A DNA stretch of 64,000 bases from a virus (lineage: Duplodnaviria > Heunggongvirae > Uroviricota > Caudoviricetes): positions 1 to 64,000 of the IMG/VR virus record IMGVR_UViG_3300014208_000001. One strand, written 5' to 3'. Numbering within the stretch: the stretch's first letter is position 1; each line of letters begins with the position of its first letter. The notes under the pieces were generated by a model. The model ran no database searches. It worked only from the letters and a program-made list of their open reading frames with translations, and was not told the origin of the DNA. Of the stretch, positions 55,422 through 64,000 are shown piece by piece. Both the position numbers and the translations under genes were made by a program.

Positions 55422-57128
55422 ATGGTCAAGATCAATACAGCATTAGTGCCGTCAGTCAGTGCTGGTAATGTATTCACAAGATTAACCACAGATGATACAT
55501 TAAACATCAGATGGCTAACAGCAACAGATCCGGTGGTCTACTCAGCAGCTAATAGACCAATAGCCGATATGACTATACGACAATTAGTTATAGCTAAAAG
55601 TCTAGATAATATTGGAGTCAATGTCGGACGGCAAAATATATTCCCATTCCTGGTTCAACCATATGTTGTATCAAGTGCTGGCGAAGCAGCACTACCAACA
55701 GGATGGATATGGGATCTCAGCATGAGTATCCCATGTATTTGGCAAAATGTTAGATTAGCAAAAATTATACGATTAGCAGGTGGAACAAACGCTGGCGGAA
55801 CAAATGGTGATGTATATGACGGTACCGTCACATTAATATTTTCTGGTTCAATGAGTGGCAGCACCACAGAAGTCGGATTATTTAAATGCTCATACGAAAT
55901 AGATAATACTCTATCTTATCAAAAATCACGAATATCATTATGTGAAACTGGCGATTTCACAACAGTAGTTGACAGTACAGAAGCGAATAATTTTTGTGGA
56001 TTTGTTACATTTAGAACATTAGATACTACAGATACTGAAACTTTAGCATTTCTAGATATTATTGAACCATCAGTAACAGCTGATAATGCATACTACTTAA
56101 GTGATACAGCTGCTGGAGGCACAGCAGTAACTGATGATTTCAGCGCGACTAGTTTATCACATGGTACTGGTTTAATACTTGACGGTGCAGTTAATTCGAT
56201 TCCAGATGTTGGGTCAAGCGTTAGTGGATGGTTAGAGGCATTTAATTTTCCGTTTGATGCGGCTGCATCAAGATTAAGTGTTGACAGTATAACAATACCA
56301 GTCGGGCTATTCAGAGAGTTTGATATTTGTGCTCCTGCTGGTGATGAGCCAACTGGTGATACTAGCGGCGAATATTATCCAGTATGGGTTAGTAAGATAA
56401 CAAGAGTTGGTACTGGTAGTACATTAAGATTTACATTTAGTACTTATAATATTACTGATGTTGAAACTGGCGGTGCACCCAGCACCGACCCAGTTGATTT
56501 TGGATATTTAGATTTAAGCCAAACCAATACTAGTGGTGAAATTCTTGCAATAGTTCCAAATGATGATTTGTTACTTGGAGGCGGCCATCAAGGATTCGGT
56601 AGAGGCCACGTTGTCCTTTCTAACCTTTGGGGCGACACGAGCGGTACTGTCTCAGCTTTCTTTGATGCCTTCGATACCTTGGTAGGGTCTCCAATAGAAA
56701 CGGCTTTCGCGCAAAGCTCGACACGTCTAAGTAATTATGGTATTAGCAGAGTACCAAAATATATTCCAACCATAGATCAATCAAGAGCATTACTAGGAAG
56801 TACAGACAGATTAACAACTCCAATTGAACCAAGTATAAATAATCGATACGTTTGTGAGCAAGACCAAGGATTAGGTAATCAAGTCGACGTTCAGAGTGTT
56901 GGTGGCATCACCACCGCTATTGAAAATTATGGATATACTGGTAGCCTATGCCACAGATGTGTTAAATTAGTAGTTGATCAAACTAAAATCAACTCAGATA
57001 GTGGTTTTTATGATACATATGTGTTACCAAAATTAACAGTATTATTGGGACGTCTGCCCTTGTTCGGTGACGTATGGTATAATGGTACTTCATTCCTAAC
57101 ATATAACGGTGACAGCTGGCAAAGCTAG
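55422..57128 (+). CDS. putative virion structural protein
   Basis: 568 aa, T/S/G/D-rich beta-type composition; GAGG RBS; function inferred from composition only. Confidence 0.7.
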   Translation: MVKINTALVPSVSAGNVFTRLTTDDTLNIRWLTATDPVVYSAANRPIADMTIRQLVIAKSLDNIGVNVGRQNIFPFLVQPYVVSSAGEAALPTGWIWDLSMSIPCIWQNVRLAKIIRLAGGTNAGGTNGDVYDGTVTLIFSGSMSGSTTEVGLFKCSYEIDNTLSYQKSRISLCETGDFTTVVDSTEANNFCGFVTFRTLDTTDTETLAFLDIIEPSVTADNAYYLSDTAAGGTAVTDDFSATSLSHGTGLILDGAVNSIPDVGSSVSGWLEAFNFPFDAAASRLSVDSITIPVGLFREFDICAPAGDEPTGDTSGEYYPVWVSKITRVGTGSTLRFTFSTYNITDVETGGAPSTDPVDFGYLDLSQTNTSGEILAIVPNDDLLLGGGHQGFGRGHVVLSNLWGDTSGTVSAFFDAFDTLVGSPIETAFAQSSTRLSNYGISRVPKYIPTIDQSRALLGSTDRLTTPIEPSINNRYVCEQDQGLGNQVDVQSVGGITTAIENYGYTGSLCHRCVKLVVDQTKINSDSGFYDTYVLPKLTVLLGRLPLFGDVWYNGTSFLTYNGDSWQS

Positions 57129-57154
57129 TTAGTTAAGCCAGAAATCATTCAAAT

Positions 57155-57194
57155 TTTTGTGTATTTGAGTAAATAAACTCAAAGGAACACAAAA
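57155..57194 (+). promoter_or_regulatory. RBS-sequestering hairpin with TAAATA at the loop
   Basis: ttttgtgt-a-tttgagt / actcaaa-gga-acacaaaa. Confidence 0.6.
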
Positions 57195-58756
57195 TGGCGA
57201 TATCGAATGATATAATTGAAACTATTATTAATTTATATTCACAAAACATATCAATATCAACAATAAGCAAGAAGATTAATATTAGTAAATATCACATCAC
57301 TAAAATATTAAAATCAGCTAATATAGAGATTAAAAAATGTAATTATCAAAAATTAAATATTGATATTAATGCGATCAATAAACTATATTATGAAGACAAA
57401 AAATCAACATATGATATAGCAAAATTATATGGTTGTAGCGATGAAACGATACGTAAATTAGTAGTTGTACGACCTATAGCTGAAAGGAACATATTATCTG
57501 AAGAGTCAATCGCTAAAATAGCTATTAAATCTAAATTATTATGGCAAAATGAAGAATATATTAAAAAAGTGAAAAATGGAACATCAACTAAAGAGTATAA
57601 AGAAAAATTACGAAATGATGGTATCAAGAATTATGACATGTCTTTAGGTAAGTGGATGAAATCAGCAGAGAGTAAATTAATTATATCAACATTAGCCAAA
57701 AAAAACTGGAATAATCCAGAATATCGTGCCAAACAAGAGGTGTGGTACTCTGAAAGAATAACACGTATAAGTGCCGCCGCTAAAGAAGCATTAAATGATC
57801 CAATACGTAGAGAAAAATGGATAAACAAACTACGAAAATCATCGGCAGCAAATAGATTATCCAATGGATGGGTTAGTACACCACAAAAACAATTATATTA
57901 TATACTTACAGTTTCAGATATCACATTTAATGAGGAAGGACCTGACACAATTATAAGTCCTTTTTATACAGTCGATTGTGTAATTCCCAAACAACAAAAA
58001 ATGCATAGACCTTTAATAATAGAAGTGCAAGGCGAATATTGGCATAATCTGCCGCATGTAATTATTAAAGATAAACAAAAAGAAACATATATCCGTAACC
58101 ATACTGATTATGATTTATTAAAATTGGACGAATTAGAATTATCGTCATTTAATCAAATACAAGGAAAATTGAATGAATATGGCTTAATTATAACTAGTAT
58201 AAATTGTGCAACTAGTGATTTAATAATAGAACGAATCTCAGAAGAAGACGCTAAAATGTTTTATTCAATTTTTCATTATACAGGCACAATCAGGAAAGGC
58301 GCTATCGCTTTCGGAGCATATTATAATAAAGAACTTATATGTGCTATAAGTTATACTTATCCGATGAGAATCGAAACCGCTCAAAAATTAAATTGTCAAA
58401 TACATGAGATTATGGAGATATCAAGATTGGCTAGAAAAACAAATGTAATATGCAAAAATTTAATTAGTTTTATGATAGGAAATACACGTAAAAAATTACA
58501 AAATATTGTTAAATTGGTTAGTTTTTCCGATTCAACATATGGCCATACTGGTAAAGTGTATGCAGCTTCTGGATTTAAATTTGATGGTTTGACTAGTGAT
58601 GATTATCATTATATTTCATTATATGGTAAATATCATAAGAAAACAATATGGGATCGATCCAAACGAATGAAAATGACAGAAGATGAATATGCTGAAAAAC
58701 ATGGACTAATTAAAATAAAAACATCACCGAAATCACGATGGGTTTATGATATGTGA
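57194..58756 (+). CDS. HTH-repeat / Vsr-DUF559-like nuclease / Mom-like GNAT fusion (homing-endonuclease-like)
   Basis: two HTH repeats; YTVD...IIEVQGEYWH; HYTG...EISRL...VSFSD..YGHTGKVYAASGF. Confidence 0.75.
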   Translation: MAISNDIIETIINLYSQNISISTISKKINISKYHITKILKSANIEIKKCNYQKLNIDINAINKLYYEDKKSTYDIAKLYGCSDETIRKLVVVRPIAERNILSEESIAKIAIKSKLLWQNEEYIKKVKNGTSTKEYKEKLRNDGIKNYDMSLGKWMKSAESKLIISTLAKKNWNNPEYRAKQEVWYSERITRISAAAKEALNDPIRREKWINKLRKSSAANRLSNGWVSTPQKQLYYILTVSDITFNEEGPDTIISPFYTVDCVIPKQQKMHRPLIIEVQGEYWHNLPHVIIKDKQKETYIRNHTDYDLLKLDELELSSFNQIQGKLNEYGLIITSINCATSDLIIERISEEDAKMFYSIFHYTGTIRKGAIAFGAYYNKELICAISYTYPMRIETAQKLNCQIHEIMEISRLARKTNVICKNLISFMIGNTRKKLQNIVKLVSFSDSTYGHTGKVYAASGFKFDGLTSDDYHYISLYGKYHKKTIWDRSKRMKMTEDEYAEKHGLIKIKTSPKSRWVYDM

Positions 58757-58757
58757 T

Positions 58758-59498
58758 TTATATTATGCTTGATATATCAAATTCAAAGTCGTATGATGCT
58801 CTTTTATTTGCAGGTTTCTCAGGTTCGTGAATAGGTTTATGAGGGCATGATTGTAATATACCATCATGATATTTATTTTTATCTCCTTTAATCATTACTG
58901 ACATATTACACTCTGGGCAAAACCTAAGAATTTGTATTAATGGAAACTTATCAATAATTGGTTTAATGGTATCTATATCACCTGGCTCCACATTAGCGGT
59001 ACCACTATTACCTCTAACAACAGACGCATACCCACCAGATGGATAATCACTAGACAATTTCACACCATTTGATTTTAATATATTCTTCCACATATGATCG
59101 GTTGCACGCCCAGCATAATATTTTTTCACAATTATTGGATCATATCCAAAAGCTAATCCACGTACAAGATGATTCTCAGGTGAGTCAGTATTAATCACTA
59201 AATCTACAATATCAGAATTCTCTGGTAATGATACCATTAACTGACTACCATAGTCAATTACATATAATCCATTGAGATCGCCTTTAGCATTTTCTTTCCA
59301 CGGATTGCCGACTAATCGTGCACCAGTATTCAATTCTTTAATTAGTAATTCGCTAGTGTGCTTATCACCTGGGTTAGTATGATTATGCTTACTCAATGCC
59401 CATTTTAATAATTTATTAACTGGTGGCGATTTTGGAAGAACTTTTGAAAAATAATCATATAAATCATTAGAACTTTCGATTATCGTTTTAAGTTTCAT
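58758..59498 (-). CDS. hypothetical protein
   Basis: 246 aa ORF; MKLKTIIES start; C-terminal CxxC. Confidence 0.68.
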   Translation of the reverse strand: MKLKTIIESSNDLYDYFSKVLPKSPPVNKLLKWALSKHNHTNPGDKHTSELLIKELNTGARLVGNPWKENAKGDLNGLYVIDYGSQLMVSLPENSDIVDLVINTDSPENHLVRGLAFGYDPIIVKKYYAGRATDHMWKNILKSNGVKLSSDYPSGGYASVVRGNSGTANVEPGDIDTIKPIIDKFPLIQILRFCPECNMSVMIKGDKNKYHDGILQSCPHKPIHEPEKPANKRASYDFEFDISSII

Positions 59499-59851
59499 TG
59501 TAAAACCTATTGAGATTGTTTATTGATTTTTGCGTTAGAAACAATTATATCGTTTTGAATCCGGTACCACCAGTATAACCATGGCCTGATGTTCTTTGCT
59601 TTTTGGCCCCTCCGACAGTCTTCCTATTCTTCCTATTAAGATCTAAATGTTCGTTCTCAGTTGTTGGTGCTTCATTATTAATTTGATTTCTTTCACAATT
59701 AATATGTCTGCCTAGATATTTATTGTTTTTAATAATATATAATTTATCTCCTGCCACAAATTTTATGTGGCATACAAAACAATTTTTTACTTTACATGTA
59801 TCACTATCCCAAATTCTTTCAGTGGTTTCAGATAGTTGTCGTTCTGTGGTT

Positions 59852-60277
59852 TTAATTCCTAGATCTAGTTGTGTGATAATTATGTAAAATGTTAGTATTA
59901 ATCATAATAGTATTAACAGCATCTCTAGTTAAAATCGATGCTGATATATCATATAATCTATTGTTAGCGATTGATGTTGCTTCTTGATACCAACATACAT
60001 TATATAACTTAATCAATGCTAACCTAGAATGCAATAGATACAATGATATTGATATGATGCCTATCATACCAAGCCTAACTCCAATCGACTCACTAATTAT
60101 CAAAAATATAACTGGCATTATACATTGACCGCTATATAATAATGATAATATATGGTCACGCCTAATTAAGTGACTGTATTTGGTTGATAATTCGCAGAAG
60201 ATTTCACTATGAAATTGATCAAAATCAGTTTTAACCAATTCCTTAAATTCATCATACGTAATTTTGTCAATATCCAT
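59852..60277 (-). CDS. membrane protein
   Basis: two hydrophobic segments. Confidence 0.6.
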   Translation of the reverse strand: MDIDKITYDEFKELVKTDFDQFHSEIFCELSTKYSHLIRRDHILSLLYSGQCIMPVIFLIISESIGVRLGMIGIISISLYLLHSRLALIKLYNVCWYQEATSIANNRLYDISASILTRDAVNTIMINTNILHNYHTTRSRN

Positions 60278-60286
60278 ATTTTTATT

Positions 60287-60314
60287 TTTACATTATTACG
60301 CCGCATTGTAAAAT
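60287..60314 (+). promoter_or_regulatory. promoter-like motif
   Basis: TTTACA-N14-TGTAAAAT. Confidence 0.55.
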
Positions 60315-60347
60315 AAAAAATGTGAGGTAGAACACATTTAGGAAATT

Positions 60348-60860
60348 ATGATGAAACACTTAACACTATTGTTTATATTAATACCTGCGCCACTTATGGC
60401 TGAATCATTTGATGCTATAAAATCGAAAGAATATTTGCAATCTATTCAATATAAGTTAACTAGACTACGAGTTCTTCTCAAAGAAGATAAACGTGGCAGA
60501 GCTTTACGATATGAAATGACAGCTCGGGCTATAGATTCATTACCGATGCTTAAAGTTGATGATGAATTATTAACGTTCGGTATCCATGTCAGTAGTTCAT
60601 TGAGATATCAAGCTGATGTAGAACGTCAATCGTTAGTTCATGCTGGTGTGCGTAGGGCGCAAACACGATATGGTTATTATAATGGTTATTATTTTACCCC
60701 AAATTTTAGTACGTATTATATGAATCCAAGAGCTATAAATGCAGAAGAAAATGAAAAATCCGCTATCGTTAGATTTTCAAATTGGCGGGATATAGAAGAT
60801 AAAATGGTAGAAATCAGACGATCATTGACTCAAAAGTATAATATTGAATTTATTGAATAA
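60348..60860 (+). CDS. secreted hypothetical protein
   Basis: signal peptide MKHLTLLFILIPAPLMA; Y/G-rich segment; C-terminal IRRSLTQKYNIEF. Confidence 0.72.
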   Translation: MMKHLTLLFILIPAPLMAESFDAIKSKEYLQSIQYKLTRLRVLLKEDKRGRALRYEMTARAIDSLPMLKVDDELLTFGIHVSSSLRYQADVERQSLVHAGVRRAQTRYGYYNGYYFTPNFSTYYMNPRAINAEENEKSAIVRFSNWRDIEDKMVEIRRSLTQKYNIEFIE

Positions 60861-61296
60861 TATCCTTAATTGTAGTAAATTCAGTATAAGAGCATTCTTT
60901 ATGTATTGTGAATACTGAATCGGTGCCTTCTGGTTTGACCAATAATTTAATCGATGATTCATCAGCTTGCAAATATTTCATATCAATCAAATAATTATGT
61001 GATACCAATATTGTTACAATATTAGAATTCATATTATAAAATGCGAAACCACATCGTAAATGATACGCTTCTGTTAGTATGATATTATATATATCATTTT
61101 CGATCATTTTGAATTCTACAGAGTGTTCAAAATCCTGCGTGCGTGGTATAGGTTTACGATAAACTTCATCAAGAACTGAATATGGCCTATGATAGATACC
61201 AAATGGTATGTGTTTACGGCCTTCAAATGTATAAATATCCCTATCGTGGATAGTTATATCAATTGGTGGTTTAGGGATGCTGTAATAAAATTTCAT
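60850..61296 (-). CDS. paralogue family member
   Basis: MKFYY...NDIYNIILTEA...CSYTEF. Confidence 0.72.
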   Translation of the reverse strand: MKFYYSIPKPPIDITIHDRDIYTFEGRKHIPFGIYHRPYSVLDEVYRKPIPRTQDFEHSVEFKMIENDIYNIILTEAYHLRCGFAFYNMNSNIVTILVSHNYLIDMKYLQADESSIKLLVKPEGTDSVFTIHKECSYTEFTTIKDIIQ

Positions 61297-61808
61297 CACG
61301 TCCAGCCGTTGGCGGCAATCTCCGCCCATATAATTTTCTCAAAATAATCGGAATCGTAATCTACCAATTTAACACTGCGTACTTTTACTCCGATAGTTAT
61401 AGTAAATGCACTACGATCACCGTCGCTATAATGTGTTTGAATCGGAAATGGATAAGTATAATCCGATTCTATTCTTGCTGGATAATAAATAGTAATATAT
61501 GGTATTGTGTGATTGGCACTACAAATTGCGACATCAAATGAATTTTTGGTACTTGATGTTGCTTTATCAAAAAGTAATTTATATTTTCTAACTGCTGAAT
61601 AAATATCATTAAGTAATACATTTTCTATATCGCCAAATGGGACTCTATAAAATGTTTCAAATCCAGCAAATGCAAAAGATCGTAATCTCACAAATCCTTT
61701 ACTATTGACGCCAATATTGGTATAAATTAAAATTTCGCTTTGATATACGTAAAACTTATCGATTGTATTATCGGCTTGTTCTATTTTGACATAATTGGTT
61801 ATAGCCAT
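61296..61808 (-). CDS. paralogue family member
   Basis: GDIENVLLNDI...VKLVDY. Confidence 0.7.
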   Translation of the reverse strand: MAITNYVKIEQADNTIDKFYVYQSEILIYTNIGVNSKGFVRLRSFAFAGFETFYRVPFGDIENVLLNDIYSAVRKYKLLFDKATSSTKNSFDVAICSANHTIPYITIYYPARIESDYTYPFPIQTHYSDGDRSAFTITIGVKVRSVKLVDYDSDYFEKIIWAEIAANGWT

Positions 61809-62134
61809 TTATATTTATAGTGGTGTTTTACACCACTCCTTTCAATAATACCATCATTCACCAAGCCACGTAAAGCTTTGTTTATTGAATCTCTATTATA
61901 TTGGCTTTGTATGATACTTGTATCATTACTAATTGAATTAACCATATCACGTAATTTAAAACCATCATTGACACGATCACGATGGTTTACTATTATTTGT
62001 TTCCATGTTCTTTTTAATTGACAAGTATTATGTTGTTGTTGATTAAGTATGACTAATTTGATCAATTCGGCAGCTTCGTTGATTTGGCAATTTATTATTA
62101 TACCTGGTAGATGTGAAAATTTAACTGTTGCCAT
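61799..62134 (-). CDS. putative winged-helix protein
   Basis: SINKALRGLVNDGIIERSG...YKW. Confidence 0.55.
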   Translation of the reverse strand: MATVKFSHLPGIIINCQINEAAELIKLVILNQQQHNTCQLKRTWKQIIVNHRDRVNDGFKLRDMVNSISNDTSIIQSQYNRDSINKALRGLVNDGIIERSGVKHHYKYKWL

Positions 62135-62572
62135 TTATTCCTCCGTATCAAACATTGTTAACCAGTTTTTGCAAAAATACGAACCATCGTAATCATAAAA
62201 AGAGATAGAAATTTCTTTAAATAACCGTTGATCTATATGGGCATCACAATTAATAAACAATATTTTAACTATCGATGGGTATGCGGCATTTCTTGTAATA
62301 ATATGAACAACACGTCTCTGATTAATATCATTAACTTCTACAGAAACATCATTATCAATACAAATCGCATTATTAATTTTCAAATCAAATTTTGTGATTG
62401 TGTCATATATATCATTTAATAATATTGTATTAAAATCATTCAGTTTGCTAATACTAGCTATTTCAATATTAATATTTTTGTTGTTAGTTAATAATTTTGG
62501 TGATTGTCCATTGATCACTATCGAATAATTTATTGTGCTAAAGTGTGATTGTGCTATATAAAAATCTAGCAT
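62135..62572 (-). CDS. paralogue family member
   Basis: LNDFNTILLNDI...ISFYDYDG. Confidence 0.72.
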   Translation of the reverse strand: MLDFYIAQSHFSTINYSIVINGQSPKLLTNNKNINIEIASISKLNDFNTILLNDIYDTITKFDLKINNAICIDNDVSVEVNDINQRRVVHIITRNAAYPSIVKILFINCDAHIDQRLFKEISISFYDYDGSYFCKNWLTMFDTEE

Positions 62573-63018
62573 AATCTAAATGTTTCAATTAAGTAATTAT
62601 AAACAAAATCATAAATCCCAGGTGATGTCCGTTCTGAATTGCCAGCTATATTAATAATTTGATAACGTTTAATAAATTCAACTGTTACTGTGTGGTTTAA
62701 TGGTGTAATTATATCAATATCTAAATATGGTTTTTTATATTGGTTTATCATATTCAACGTCAGTAATTCTCCTGATGAACTCCAATCCGATGCGAATCTT
62801 ATTGTGGCGTCTGATTCTTTTACATTTAATGCTGTTCGTGGTGGATAATATGGTGATTCGTGTTCTTTTATATTAAATGCTTCTGCGAATTCTGGCCATG
62901 TGCCATCTTGTGCTTTGAACCCTTTGGGCATCCAGCCGCCAGTTTCGATATTAGAATCAAATGCGGCTATTAGTGCCGCTCTGTCTGCACCAGTTTGGCC
63001 ACCAGAAATTATTTTCAT
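62566..63018 (-). CDS. SLOG superfamily protein (putative molybdenum-carrier family)
   Basis: KIISGGQTGADRAAL, GGWMPKG, RTALNVKESDAT, INIAGN. Confidence 0.9.
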   Translation of the reverse strand: MKIISGGQTGADRAALIAAFDSNIETGGWMPKGFKAQDGTWPEFAEAFNIKEHESPYYPPRTALNVKESDATIRFASDWSSSGELLTLNMINQYKKPYLDIDIITPLNHTVTVEFIKRYQIINIAGNSERTSPGIYDFVYNYLIETFRLC

Positions 63019-63025
63019 TATGTTC

Positions 63026-63664
63026 TCACAGCAAAAATTTATCAACCACATCTTTAATTATTGATTTATCAAGTAATGATAATTTATATTCTTTGGAATT
63101 ATCTAAAAATGATGATGAAGTTATAAAACAATAATATGTCACGTCCATATCAGTTATAAATCGTACTGATGTTCCTCTATTATTGACTCTTATTGTTGCG
63201 TTAAACATTAAGTGTATATCATCAGGATCTGGGTCTTTTGAACAATCAATAGCTTTTTGTCCGTTCTTAGTATCGATAATTGATGCGAATGTGATGAATT
63301 GTATTCTCTCAAGCGGTTTTGTTATTTCTATGCCATATGGTGTTTCTGACATATATCCAATCCATTCATATTTTGAAAATTTTCTGCGATTATTTCTATA
63401 TTCATTGACTTTTGCGTCTGATGCACCTTTAGCATTATCTATCATAGCTGTAAATGCATTATATAACACTAAATTAAATGATTTGTTTTGAAATCTGCGT
63501 TTGTCTATTCTAGTGTAGCTGCCATCTATGTTTCTCTCATAGATCCAAATATCATCAGAATCATCTACTATTACTTTTATGCCTTTATCTTTATTAATAT
63601 ATGAATCTCGTATGAATATAAAACCATTATCTGTTAGATATTGTGTGAGCTTATCAATACCCAT
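63026..63664 (-). CDS. hypothetical protein
   Basis: 212 aa ORF. Confidence 0.62.
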   Translation of the reverse strand: MGIDKLTQYLTDNGFIFIRDSYINKDKGIKVIVDDSDDIWIYERNIDGSYTRIDKRRFQNKSFNLVLYNAFTAMIDNAKGASDAKVNEYRNNRRKFSKYEWIGYMSETPYGIEITKPLERIQFITFASIIDTKNGQKAIDCSKDPDPDDIHLMFNATIRVNNRGTSVRFITDMDVTYYCFITSSSFLDNSKEYKLSLLDKSIIKDVVDKFLL

Positions 63665-63668
63665 TTTG

Positions 63669-63872
63669 TTAATGCCAATGTGTAAAGACGATGCATTTGA
63701 CATCTGACTCGCTAAACTCTCTTTTCAAAAGTTCTGTTGCTTTTTTGGATAGTAGTTCACGCTGCTTTTTACCCATCATTTGTTTGACGTTAGTTATAAT
63801 ATTTAAATCGAACCCATCATTTTCTAAATGTTTAGTCAAAATTTCACCGTATACAATATATTCACCATTCAT
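63669..63872 (-). CDS. hypothetical protein
   Basis: 67 aa ORF. Confidence 0.5.
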   Translation of the reverse strand: MNGEYIVYGEILTKHLENDGFDLNIITNVKQMMGKKQRELLSKKATELLKREFSESDVKCIVFTHWH

Positions 63873-64000
63873 TCCATCACAGATTAACGTGTGCCCATCG
63901 CAATCTGATATTATTTCTTCTTGATACGCATTATCTTCTAATTTGTTGAATTCATCGTAATGTGCTTCTGAATACTGGAAAAATTCTTGTACAGCATCAT

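Noticed and set aside
1-64000. Stop-codon recoding
   Set aside because: Recognisable genes are intact in code 11, TAA, TAG and TGA all end genes, and no suppressor tRNA was seen

Overview
This 64 kb window looks like part of a large (jumbo-type) lytic bacteriophage genome. It has dense, small, overlapping ORFs, six tRNAs, HNH nucleases, an SF2 helicase, a MoxR-type AAA/VWA pair, a GHKL ATPase, NADAR, a ligase-like nucleotidyltransferase, a SLOG protein and a nuclease-Mom fusion. There are no rRNA genes and no recognisable integrase. All calls are by eye; no searches were run. Main observations: (1) About 60 divergent paralogues of one ~90-150 aa protein family (M-K/R-Y-Y ... L-x-E/D-L-Y/F-x-I-I-x-x-D ... 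I-x-L-x-D/E-Y) fill most of 27.5-53.3 kb in translationally coupled blocks. (2) An extreme strand-composition switch at ~32.5-33.6 kb (C/A-rich left, almost C-free G/T-rich right) ignores gene orientation, marks a probable origin and reshapes the paralogues' amino-acid content. (3) Near-identical 40-57 bp repeats sit at gene junctions in the G/T block. (4) A 137-nt miniature tmRNA and an anticodon-less tRNA-Ser-like gene are both potentially chargeable but non-decoding. (5) A conserved promoter-like motif TTTAC[C/G]-N14-TG[A/C/T]AATAG occurs more than 20 times. (6) A ~400-nt ORF-free structured RNA candidate lies at 13.4-13.8 kb.
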